DNA of 64,000 bases, taken from Bacillota bacterium. GTDB taxonomy: Bacteria; Bacillota; Clostridia; Christensenellales; UBA1242. The position numbers and the translations under genes are program-made. The DNA is taken from positions 73,916 to 137,915 of the forward strand of contig WRAS01000002.1 in NCBI GenBank assembly GCA_009780065.1, given 5' to 3'. Within the stretch, counting starts at the first letter, position 1, and the number at the start of each line of letters is the position of its first letter. Below, in pieces: positions 8,748 through 17,267 of this stretch. Under the pieces are notes generated by a model. The model ran no database searches. It was not told the origin of the DNA and saw nothing but the letters and a program-made list of their open reading frames with translations.

Positions 8748-10766
8748 TTAACTTACTGCCTCTTCTTCTCTGGCAACCTTACTCTTTACGACCTTTGTTG
8801 CGAAACTCTCACCCTTGTTAAAGTTCGCATGCTTGGAAATGTATTCCTTTCGGCTTTCAATATTGTCGCCCATAAGGGTTGTAATCAACTTCTCGGCATC
8901 CGCAATATCATCAATCGTAACCTTGCACAATTTTCGTGACTTTGGATCCATAGTGGTTTCCCAAAGTTGATCCGCATTCATCTCCCCAAGACCCTTGTAA
9001 CGTTGCACCGTGCCCTTTTGCTTGGCGGTCAGTTGCCTTAATTCATCTTCATCATACGCATATGCCGAGAAATCTTTTCGATATAATTTGTACAACGGCG
9101 GCATTCCAATATAAACATGCCCCTCGGTAATCAAGTCCTTCATATAACGATATATAAAAGTCAACAATATAGCACGAATATGCGCACCATCCTGGTCCGC
9201 GTCCGCCATGATAATTACTTTGTGGTATTTAAGGTTCTCCAGATTAAAGTCCTCGCCGATACCAGTTCCAAGCGCAGATATGATTGTTCGAAATTCTTCG
9301 TTATCCAAGACCTGATCCAGACGCTTTTTCTCGGCATTCAATGGTTTTCCACGCAGAGGCAATATCGCTTGAATCTGTCGATCACGTGCAACCTTGGCGG
9401 TTCCGCCCGCACTATCCCCCTCTACAATAAATAGTTCATTCAGTTCCGGACGTCTGCCTGTACAACTGGATAACTTTCCTATCAAGATTCCACCGTCAAT
9501 ACTGTTCTTTGCACGTGTAATTTCTTTTGCACGACGCGCAGCCTCGCGCACACGTGCGGCACTTTTGGCCTTGTTCAATATTGCATCAAATAATTGTTTC
9601 TTTTTTGTATCTTTTGCGATGTCTTTGAAATGTTCAATCAAACTGGCGTATGCGAATTGTTCTACCTCGGTTTTAGCCTCGGGATTCCCCAACTTTGTTT
9701 TGGTTTGCCCCTCGAACTGGACCTCGCGCATCTTCAGTGACAATACTGCAGTCAAACCCTCGCGAAAATCTTCACCCAACAACGCTGCCTCTTTATCCTT
9801 TACCATTCCATTTTGTTTTGCAATTTGGTTAAACGCACGTGTTAATGCCATTTTAAACCCAGTCTCGTGCGTCCCACCCTCGCTGGTTGGAATATTGTTT
9901 ACGTAAGAAAACACACTTTCTGAATATGAATCATTGTGTTGGATAGAAAAAGCAATCTTTGTGGTTGTACCATCTCCTTCGCACAGAAATGGTTTCGCAT
10001 ATATTGGGGTTTTGTCCTCGTTCAAATACTGGACAAAGTCACTAAGCCCTCCGTCAAATTTATACTCCACCCTTGCTATATGTCCATCTTCATTGTCATC
10101 TTCTTCTACACGGTCATCTATAAAATCTATCTGAATACCTTTGTTAAGGAATGCCAATTCCTTTAGCCGTTTATTAACCGTGTCGTTGGAAAAGGTCGCA
10201 CTCTTAAACATTGCTTTGTCCGGTAAAAATTTTACATATGTTCCTTGCTTGTCTGTTTTACCGACAACCTTTAATGGTGCCTCGGACGCACCGTACTGAG
10301 TCTTTCTATCTTTACCTTCACCTGTGGTCTTTGGCGAAAATCTAATAAAGTGATTCTTGCCATCCTTAAATACATTAACTTCGGTCCATGCAGACAGGGC
10401 ATTCGTAACAGACGCACCCACGCCGTGCAAACCACCACTATATGAATAACTGTCTCCACCAAATTTTCCACCAGCATGCAGTTGGGTAAACACAACCTCC
10501 ACCCCACTAACCTTCAGTTGCGGGTGTGTGTCCACCGGTATACCCCGACCATTGTCTTCGACCGAGGCACTGCCATCTTTGTGTAATGTTACCACCATTT
10601 TGGTACCGTGACCATTCGCCAATTCGTCTATAGCGTTGTCCACAATCTCCCACAACAAATGGTGCAACCCCTTGGTTCCTGTTGTACCGATGTACATACC
10701 CGGACGCATACGAACTGCGTTAAGACCCTCTAGCACCTGTATCTTCGATGAAGTATATTCTGCCAT
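8748..10766 (-). CDS. type IIA topoisomerase subunit B (GyrB/ParE family)
   Basis: Motifs IQVLEGLNAVRMRPGMYIGTT, LHHLLWEIVDNAIDE and the Toprim motif FIVEGDSAGG. Directly upstream of the A subunit. Confidence 0.9.
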   Translation of the reverse strand: MAEYTSSKIQVLEGLNAVRMRPGMYIGTTGTKGLHHLLWEIVDNAIDELANGHGTKMVVTLHKDGSASVEDNGRGIPVDTHPQLKVSGVEVVFTQLHAGGKFGGDSYSYSGGLHGVGASVTNALSAWTEVNVFKDGKNHFIRFSPKTTGEGKDRKTQYGASEAPLKVVGKTDKQGTYVKFLPDKAMFKSATFSNDTVNKRLKELAFLNKGIQIDFIDDRVEEDDNEDGHIARVEYKFDGGLSDFVQYLNEDKTPIYAKPFLCEGDGTTTKIAFSIQHNDSYSESVFSYVNNIPTSEGGTHETGFKMALTRAFNQIAKQNGMVKDKEAALLGEDFREGLTAVLSLKMREVQFEGQTKTKLGNPEAKTEVEQFAYASLIEHFKDIAKDTKKKQLFDAILNKAKSAARVREAARRAKEITRAKNSIDGGILIGKLSSCTGRRPELNELFIVEGDSAGGTAKVARDRQIQAILPLRGKPLNAEKKRLDQVLDNEEFRTIISALGTGIGEDFNLENLKYHKVIIMADADQDGAHIRAILLTFIYRYMKDLITEGHVYIGMPPLYKLYRKDFSAYAYDEDELRQLTAKQKGTVQRYKGLGEMNADQLWETTMDPKSRKLCKVTIDDIADAEKLITTLMGDNIESRKEYISKHANFNKGESFATKVVKSKVAREEEAVS

Positions 10767-10860
10767 AATGGCAGTGTATCAAAAAAAATCCATTTTGGCA
10801 AAGAAAAGATTTATCGATATGTTGTATATTATGCAAAACAAAAGACACAACGGGTTGATA

Positions 10861-11262
10861 TTATTCAATTACTGTTACGTAAATAAACCTCGGTCTATGC
10901 TCGTTATATTCTAAATCAAGCGCAAAAATCGTAATTGTAACATATCCCATTGTAATCGCGGTTATCGTAAATGTCGGCGACTTTGAAAAATTGATAACCC
11001 CCGTTCTGTTTACTTCTACCCTTGATATTGCTTGATAGCAATCAATACGAATCAAATTTGCCAAACTCTGACCAACCCTCAATGTCGGGTATGGATGCAA
11101 TACTTGGATTGATTCAGTTACACCTACCCTAACTGGCTCCTCTGGATGCCCACGCGAGAACAAATCCGGCCCAATAATCAACCCCACCATACCAACCGCA
11201 CACGCAAGCAACACAACACCAACCTTTATCTTAATCCAAGATCCTTTGTCGAGTTTTGACAT
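10861..11262 (-). CDS. hypothetical membrane-anchored protein
   Basis: MSKLDKGSWIKIKVGVVLLACAVGMVGLII N-terminal anchor followed by a beta-rich domain. Confidence 0.5.
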   Translation of the reverse strand: MSKLDKGSWIKIKVGVVLLACAVGMVGLIIGPDLFSRGHPEEPVRVGVTESIQVLHPYPTLRVGQSLANLIRIDCYQAISRVEVNRTGVINFSKSPTFTITAITMGYVTITIFALDLEYNEHRPRFIYVTVIE

Positions 11263-11313
11263 AATATGTAGTATATAGTACAACACAGATAAAAGTAAAA
11301 TAAAAAATCATTT

Positions 11314-11835
11314 TTATTGCAATTCTTGCGTAAATCCGCTGTCTAATCCACTTAAACCTTTTTGTAACTTCATTATTTCATTATATGAATACAGACCTTT
11401 TCCATCAAACAAATAATCTGCTAGTTTTGATTTTGGTGTCCAAACCTGTTCTTGTCGAAGCGCCGAAAAATCTTTAACTTCTGGAACTAATACGCGGTCA
11501 GTTCCATAATAACCAAACCCATCCAGTGGATGATATTTATATTCTTGCCTACATCGTTTGACACAGCCACGACCACGTTCAACTGGCACAAGCGCACTTA
11601 TTTCACCTTGACCTTTGATCTTTTTATACACCATACCTTCATTTGTATAATGTACATCAAATTGACCAGTTTCTGGATTCTTTCCCTTACTTACTTCTAC
11701 CCCACTACTGTCTACATATAATTCAGATTCCCGATAGACTGGCAGGTTCGGGAATCGCTTCGCAACACGATCTTGCAAATCACTTATAAGTGTTGTTAAC
11801 TTTGACGGCATTACGTCATATGGTAATCTTCTCAT
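11314..11835 (-). CDS. hypothetical protein
   Basis: Uninterrupted 173-codon ORF with no recognisable motif. Confidence 0.55.
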   Translation of the reverse strand: MRRLPYDVMPSKLTTLISDLQDRVAKRFPNLPVYRESELYVDSSGVEVSKGKNPETGQFDVHYTNEGMVYKKIKGQGEISALVPVERGRGCVKRCRQEYKYHPLDGFGYYGTDRVLVPEVKDFSALRQEQVWTPKSKLADYLFDGKGLYSYNEIMKLQKGLSGLDSGFTQELQ

Positions 11836-11972
11836 TTCACATTATATGATAACAGTAGACCAAAGTCAATATTCAAAAGTTTTTCTGTAATTTAAATTAA
11901 TTGACATTTTATAATCCCGGGTGTAATTATTGGTTACAAGGGGCATACTAGCCCACAAAGGAGAAATTAATT

Positions 11973-12359
11973 ATGGGAATCGTAAGTGCAAAACCAATCA
12001 AAATCAAAAACCCAGAAAACGCAGTCATCGCAAACGGAACAGTAACAACCTGCAAATATGCAGGAGAAGCCAGAACCGGAATTGGTCCATTTGCCAAATC
12101 CACACATTACTACAAAGTATTTATCCATGTTGACGGTCTGGCAAAACCATTGGTTCTTAAGGTCAAAGAAAAAGAAGGTATGAATTTGGGTGTTGTGAAT
12201 GACATGAAATCTTTGGGCAAAATGTTCGGCGGCAAAAAAAGCATGCCAGTTCAAGCAGGCGCACCAATCCAAGTCATGTACGACAAAACAAAGCCAAAAA
12301 AGTGCATGATATACGAAACACCAACAGCAGACCAACCAATGCCACAACCACAACAATAA
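11973..12359 (+). CDS. hypothetical protein
   Basis: AAAGGAGA RBS about 8 nt upstream of the ATG. 128 aa. Confidence 0.6.
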   Translation: MGIVSAKPIKIKNPENAVIANGTVTTCKYAGEARTGIGPFAKSTHYYKVFIHVDGLAKPLVLKVKEKEGMNLGVVNDMKSLGKMFGGKKSMPVQAGAPIQVMYDKTKPKKCMIYETPTADQPMPQPQQ

Positions 12360-12371
12360 TTGAAATGGTAC

Positions 12372-12401
12372 TTGACAACATGCATCATCATATAGTATAA
12401 T
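12372..12401 (+). promoter_or_regulatory. sigma-70 promoter of the GS-like operon leader
   Basis: TTGACA (12372-12377), 18 nt spacer, TATAAT (12396-12401). Confidence 0.5.
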
Positions 12402-12407
12402 ATAGTT

Positions 12408-12443
12408 ATGAAAATCAGAAATCGAGAGCAACAGCAGACGTAA
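12408..12443 (+). CDS. candidate leaderless leader peptide MKIRNREQQQT (three consecutive Gln codons)
   Basis: The ATG lies 7 nt after the -10 box. CAA CAG CAG sits at 12429-12437 and the stop at 12441-12443. The ORF overlaps strand 1 of the alternative hairpins (see findings). Confidence 0.35.
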   Translation: MKIRNREQQQT

Positions 12444-12502
12444 TGTGTATAGGTAACATCCCTATGCACATTTAATGTTGCTTGGGGATTTCAATTAATT
12501 CG

Positions 12503-12527
12503 AAACACCCAAGCCAGGGTGTTTTTT
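12503..12527 (+). terminator. intrinsic terminator/attenuator upstream of the GS-like gene
   Basis: AAACACCC (12503-12510) pairs with GGGTGTTT (12517-12524), with a 6 nt loop and a T-run to 12527. Confidence 0.6.
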
Positions 12528-12553
12528 AAATTAATTTAACAAGGAGAAATTAA

Positions 12554-13726
12554 ATGAAAAAAGATGATATCTTACACAAATTAAAGGATGACAAGTTCCA
12601 TTCATTAAATGTTTATTACGTAACACCATACGGTGAATTACGAACTGGTCTAGATGTTCCAGTCAGCGAAGCCGCAGGAATTTTGGACAGTGGTTTCACA
12701 ATTGACCCCGCAGGTATCGACAGAACTATAAAGGGTGGCACCATGGCGGACGTAACCATATTGCCAGACATCAAATCATTCCGCGAAATTCCATCTATGG
12801 ATCATGACGGACTTCGGGTTGCACATATTTTTGGTGACATTTTCGGAAACAATGGCAAAGCACATCCACTGTGCCCGCGTGGTACACTTAAAAAATCACT
12901 TGCGGACATTCTAATGGCGGATGAAAAATTTATTGTTGGATTGGAAAACGAATATTATGTTCGTACCAACGGTGAATTAACTGGAGAGAACGGATACGGA
13001 CTAGAATCCCCCGACGACCCATTGACAAGACTACGCAGATTAACAATGCATGATATAATTAGTGCCGGTATTGATGTAACCAAGAGCCACAAAGAATGTG
13101 GTAAGAGTCAATACGAATACGTACTAAAGCATGCTGATGCCCTGACTGCCGCAGATAACTATCTATTGGCAGATGCAATATCAAGATACCGTGCTGGACT
13201 TCATGGATACTCAATAGACCGCTCCCCTTTTATGGGAAGCGACAACCCCGTTAATTCCGACCACATAAACATGTCAATCGAAAACGGTGTAAATTCATTC
13301 CTAGAGGGCGATGGAATTTCCCATGCTGCAAAATTTTTCGGCGAAGGAGTTCTTGATAACAATGCAATCATCACAGCACTTACGAATACCACAGCAAATT
13401 CTTATGCTGCACTTGAAAAACTTGGGAAATTTACTGGAATGGGGGATTCACGTATGGAAATAATTCGCTCGAAAAAAGGTGTTCTTGAATACCGTACTTC
13501 CGACAGATCTATGTGTCCACACAACACACTTGCTGCTATACTAGGTGCAGGTAGGTCGTCAGCAGTCGTGGCTGGAGGAAAATATCGTAACGCACCAAAA
13601 AATTTCGACGGTTCAATCAAAACATTAGAATCCGCACTCGCAGACGGTATAACACTTGGGCTTCCAAACGAATTATTCGAATTCCACATTAACAACCGCA
13701 AAAACGGAATAGGGAGAGATAAATGA
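12554..13726 (+). CDS. glutamine synthetase family protein (divergent, 390 aa; gamma-glutamyl/amide ligase-like)
   Basis: KSHKECGKSQYEYVLKHADALTAADNYLLADAISRY...SPFMGSDNPVNSDHINMSI resembles the GS catalytic core (HHEVAxGQxEI...ADxL...KP..G.NGSG.H.H.S). AAGGAGA RBS upstream. Confidence 0.75.
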   Translation: MKKDDILHKLKDDKFHSLNVYYVTPYGELRTGLDVPVSEAAGILDSGFTIDPAGIDRTIKGGTMADVTILPDIKSFREIPSMDHDGLRVAHIFGDIFGNNGKAHPLCPRGTLKKSLADILMADEKFIVGLENEYYVRTNGELTGENGYGLESPDDPLTRLRRLTMHDIISAGIDVTKSHKECGKSQYEYVLKHADALTAADNYLLADAISRYRAGLHGYSIDRSPFMGSDNPVNSDHINMSIENGVNSFLEGDGISHAAKFFGEGVLDNNAIITALTNTTANSYAALEKLGKFTGMGDSRMEIIRSKKGVLEYRTSDRSMCPHNTLAAILGAGRSSAVVAGGKYRNAPKNFDGSIKTLESALADGITLGLPNELFEFHINNRKNGIGRDK

Positions 13727-14793
13727 TAAAGGTCGAAATTAATTTAAGTGCTATTCGTCGTAATATTTTAAAAATGAAAGCCAAATTAAAACCTGGGACA
13801 AAGTTTTGTCCGGTATTAAAAGCCAATGGATATCGTTTCGGTGATGACAAAGTCGCACCAGCAATAGAAGACATCGTGGATTACTTTGGTTGCTTTCACA
13901 TTACCGAACTAGAACGCTTGCGCAATGCGGGCATAACAAAGCCAATTCTACTACTTGGTGTTTGCGAGGATTTTGGTCGTGCAATAAAGAATAAAGCAAC
14001 AATTACAATTACCAGCGTTTTCGAAGCCAAAGCCCTTGCAAAATTTGCGGGGGAAAACAAACTAAACTGTCCCATCCATATCGAGGTCGATACCGGCATG
14101 GAACGATTTGGGATTGCCACAATAGACGAATTAAAAGAAATTTTAGACATCGCAGGCAAATCAAAGTTTATTGATATTACTGGTCTATTTACGCATTTTG
14201 CATATGCCACAACCGAGAATAAAGACATGGTGGATGCACAAATTCGGGCATTCAAACCTTTTGCAACAATGCTTAAAAAGAAATATCAAAATGCAATTAT
14301 CCACGCAGCAAGCAGCGGAACCGCAGAATATTCAGACGCACAATTTGATATGGTTCGTGGGGGATTTTTCATCTACGGTTCACTTGTTGATGGATATGAA
14401 AATTGCCTAAAAGCCACTTCTAACATCGTTGCAATCCGTCATGTAAAAGCAGGCACCAAAATAGGCTACAGCGGAACCAAAACCGTGGACAAAGACACAA
14501 CAATTGGTCTTGTTGCAGCCGGTTATGCCGATGTAATTAATTTCAAACTTTTTGCAACCGCCCCCCTATTCGTGAATGACAAACCATGTTATGTATTAGG
14601 CAGAATTTGTATGGACAGTTGCATGATAGATGTCAGCCATATCAAAGACCCGCTTGGAAAAACCGTTACGGTCTATGACAATAAACCTAGCATGACTCTG
14701 TTAGACCGTGGGAACGAAAACGGTCATACAGGCAGTTTAATCTTAGCACTTGATTTCAACCGTGCGGATGTAACATACATCACAGATAAATAG
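13723..14793 (+). CDS. alr: alanine racemase family PLP enzyme
   Basis: Motifs PVLKANGYRFG (PLP lysine), VAAGYADV and GRICMDSCMIDV. ATGA overlap with the preceding gene. Confidence 0.8.
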   Translation: MIKVEINLSAIRRNILKMKAKLKPGTKFCPVLKANGYRFGDDKVAPAIEDIVDYFGCFHITELERLRNAGITKPILLLGVCEDFGRAIKNKATITITSVFEAKALAKFAGENKLNCPIHIEVDTGMERFGIATIDELKEILDIAGKSKFIDITGLFTHFAYATTENKDMVDAQIRAFKPFATMLKKKYQNAIIHAASSGTAEYSDAQFDMVRGGFFIYGSLVDGYENCLKATSNIVAIRHVKAGTKIGYSGTKTVDKDTTIGLVAAGYADVINFKLFATAPLFVNDKPCYVLGRICMDSCMIDVSHIKDPLGKTVTVYDNKPSMTLLDRGNENGHTGSLILALDFNRADVTYITDK

Positions 14794-14795
14794 GG

Positions 14796-14825
14796 TTGAC
14801 ATCCCAGACGCAACTAGCGTATATT
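14796..14825 (+). promoter_or_regulatory. sigma-70 promoter immediately after the alr stop codon
   Basis: TTGACA (14796-14801), 18 nt spacer, TATATT (14820-14825). Confidence 0.5.
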
Positions 14826-14832
14826 AAAAGGT

Positions 14833-14916
14833 ATGAACATGAATATGACCACGAAAGTTGGGTACACAGTACATCATCACATCATGCACGGATTGCCGTG
14901 TGTGATTATTTCGTAA
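14833..14916 (+). CDS. candidate leaderless leader peptide MNMNMTTKVGYTVHHHIMHGLPCVIIS (His-codon cluster)
   Basis: The ATG lies 8 nt after the -10 box. CAT CAT CAC ATC ATG CAC sits at 14872-14889 and the stop at 14914-14916. The 3' part of the ORF can pair with the terminator 5' arm. Confidence 0.35.
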   Translation: MNMNMTTKVGYTVHHHIMHGLPCVIIS

Positions 14917-14953
14917 TGTCATATTAAAATTCCAAGCGAAACAAAAACACACA

Positions 14954-14989
14954 AACCGCAATCCGACACAAATGGATTGCGGTTTTTTT
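14954..14989 (+). terminator. strong intrinsic terminator/attenuator
   Basis: AACCGCAATCC (14954-14964) pairs with GGATTGCGGTT (14974-14984): 11 bp stem, 9 nt loop, seven T residues. Confidence 0.7.
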
Positions 14990-15037
14990 GTGGTATTAAT
15001 TCATCGTTCAAAACAAAAATAGGAGATATAAACAAAA

Positions 15038-15983
15038 ATGAAAGCGAAACCTTTCTATGGTACAGGACTTGGTGGATATGGAAAGCCCACCCAAGGGTTG
15101 GGGTTGGAAACCCTAGGACTTCAATTTGCAACAATACAAATGGCGCGGGACAACAACCAAGACAGCATTTTATGGCACCTTGGAACCGAGGGCTATGGTG
15201 TAACATCCGAACAACGCGACAGAACAATCGGCGAAATGTCTGATGTTGCCGACAAAATTAATTGTGGCATGTCCAAACTAAAGGTTCTGGACACAAACGG
15301 TCAATGGAGGTCACCCCATTTCGCTGGACTTCTTCCCTGCATTCCAACACAATGGACGCGATCAATATAACGACATATATGCAAAAACACAAGAACGTTT
15401 TGGCGACTTTAGGGGCATCGACGGAATTGAATATGTATTTGACTATCCCTTGCTTCAAACTGCCCAAGTTGTTGATTTGGTGGAAAACTTTGGTGTAACC
15501 GCCCAAACCGGCTGGGACAATTCAAAGAAATCCCAAGAAACCGAACAGTGTATGGATTTCAACCAACTTGTCATTGCACTTTTGAAAAAGCGTTTGGGCG
15601 AAAAATTTTTTATTGATTTACTTAAAAACCGTTATCCAGAAATCCAATTGGGTTCTGTGAACGTACCCGCCGCAATTGACTTTGCAACCGGAAATCAACA
15701 GTCTCCCTACACAATTGCCGAGGGTTCAACCAGACCACGTATAGACGAACGTTTCAGTAAATTCTGTGCTCGCACAATCGGCATGAAAGGATATGACAAG
15801 GCAATAGAACGAATAGACAGAAACATAGTCGAGCGATTCGAAAGTTTATACGGCGAAATCCCGAGTCAGAAGAAAGCCAGAATCGCTACTGGGATGGATT
15901 ATTCGCAAGAATGTATCAGATCAAAACAATCAACAACAATTGCAAAAGTTGACCAGATTCAAAATCTAATGGGGGTTATATAA
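15038..15983 (+). pseudogene. unknown ~315 aa protein interrupted by a +1 frameshift (or an assembly error)
   Basis: The ORF at 15038-15370 is in frame 2. Frame 0 is open from 15282 and reads VNGGHPISLDFFPAFQHNGRDQYNDIYAKTQERFGDF..., running into the ORF that ends at 15983. There is no ATG/GTG and no RBS before the TTG at 15450. Confidence 0.5.
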
Positions 15984-16702
15984 TGAAAATAATTTATGAA
16001 ATTTATGATCTTGGGGGTAATCCAACCGCAATAATTACCAAGAATGTCGATACACAAACAGGTATCAATGTATCAAAGCAAATCATGCAAAAATATCCCG
16101 TGGTCGAGCAAGTAGCAATCATCGAAAACGTCAAAGACGATACCTGTACCTTCCGCATGGCGGGGGAAGAATTCTGTGGCAATGCAATACGTGCAGTTGC
16201 ATATTTTATGCGAAAAAACTATGGAAAACCATGTTGTACAATTATAACTTGTGGTATTAAGATAAATGCGACAAAATGTGATGGTAAAACCAGTGAAATT
16301 GTTTTGCAAAAGTCTACCCTACTACGTGGAACAAGGATTGTTAATGGTTTGACTTACATCATTATGAATGGAATTACGCACGTAGTTATTCCAGGCAAAG
16401 GTAACGAGAGCCTAGCCAAGCAAGTTAAAAAGATAGCATCTAAATTCGGTCTTGTGGGCTCGGCATTTGGGGTAATGTTTTTGGATGGTGATAAACTTAA
16501 CCCTTTTGTTTGGGTGGAAACTGCGCAAACATTTTTTAACGAAACAGCATGTTTAAGCGGTAGTATTGCAGTCGCTATTTATATAAAAAAAGACAAAGCC
16601 GAAATAATCCAACCAACAAACCAACCATATACAATCACGTTTGATGGCGATAATATATATGCAAAAGGAAAAGTCGCATTTATCAAAAGCGACGAAATCT
16701 AA
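15983..16702 (+). CDS. DapF-fold (diaminopimelate epimerase-like) PLP-independent amino-acid racemase/epimerase
   Basis: Motifs GGNPTAII, AGEEFCGNAIRAVAYF and NETACLSGSIAVA match the two Cys-containing active-site segments of the DapF superfamily. TAATG overlap with the upstream gene. Confidence 0.7.
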   Translation: MKIIYEIYDLGGNPTAIITKNVDTQTGINVSKQIMQKYPVVEQVAIIENVKDDTCTFRMAGEEFCGNAIRAVAYFMRKNYGKPCCTIITCGIKINATKCDGKTSEIVLQKSTLLRGTRIVNGLTYIIMNGITHVVIPGKGNESLAKQVKKIASKFGLVGSAFGVMFLDGDKLNPFVWVETAQTFFNETACLSGSIAVAIYIKKDKAEIIQPTNQPYTITFDGDNIYAKGKVAFIKSDEI

Positions 16703-16707
16703 GGCGT

Positions 16708-17169
16708 TTATACCTTTTCCCAGCGCTTCAATGTCGGAAGATATTCTGTTAACATTGCATGTGCTTGCTCCTTGGTAAAGTTTGTTCCGCTGTCTGCGTT
16801 AAAGTATTCCAAAGTTTCCAACAAACTTTCAATTATTTCCTCTATGGATACGTCATAAGCATATTTGCCATCCACAAAACAATGTGCACAATATTCATGG
16901 TTTAGGCCCTTGTCCTCGTTGGTGCCAAGCACATCAAAGTCCTTCAAAGTCCAGCCACAACTTTGGCAAATAGCAGGCTCTTTGAAAAAGATATTTGCAT
17001 CCACATTAAATTCGTTTACCATCAGTTTAATTGAATCCAAGGTCGGTGTTGTTTCACCATTTTCCCATCGTGAAACCGCCTGGCGCGTTACATGTAATTT
17101 CTCGGCAAATTCTTCTTGTGTTAATCCGGCCTCGTTTCTAATCCCAAGTATTGTTTTTGCAAAATCCAT
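16708..17169 (-). CDS. XRE-family HTH regulator with a C-terminal Cys-rich (zinc-ribbon-like) domain
   Basis: GLTQEEFAEKLHVTRQAVSRWENGETTP motif. GGAGGG RBS before the ATG at 17169. C-terminal CQSCGW...CAHC. Confidence 0.8.
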   Translation of the reverse strand: MDFAKTILGIRNEAGLTQEEFAEKLHVTRQAVSRWENGETTPTLDSIKLMVNEFNVDANIFFKEPAICQSCGWTLKDFDVLGTNEDKGLNHEYCAHCFVDGKYAYDVSIEEIIESLLETLEYFNADSGTNFTKEQAHAMLTEYLPTLKRWEKV

Positions 17170-17267
17170 ATCTCTTCCCTCCAATTTATATGACCCTAGT
17201 TTATTCCTTTTTGAAAATCTAATCAAGCAACTGGTTGTTTCTTTTTTGATATGTGGTATGATGTCTC

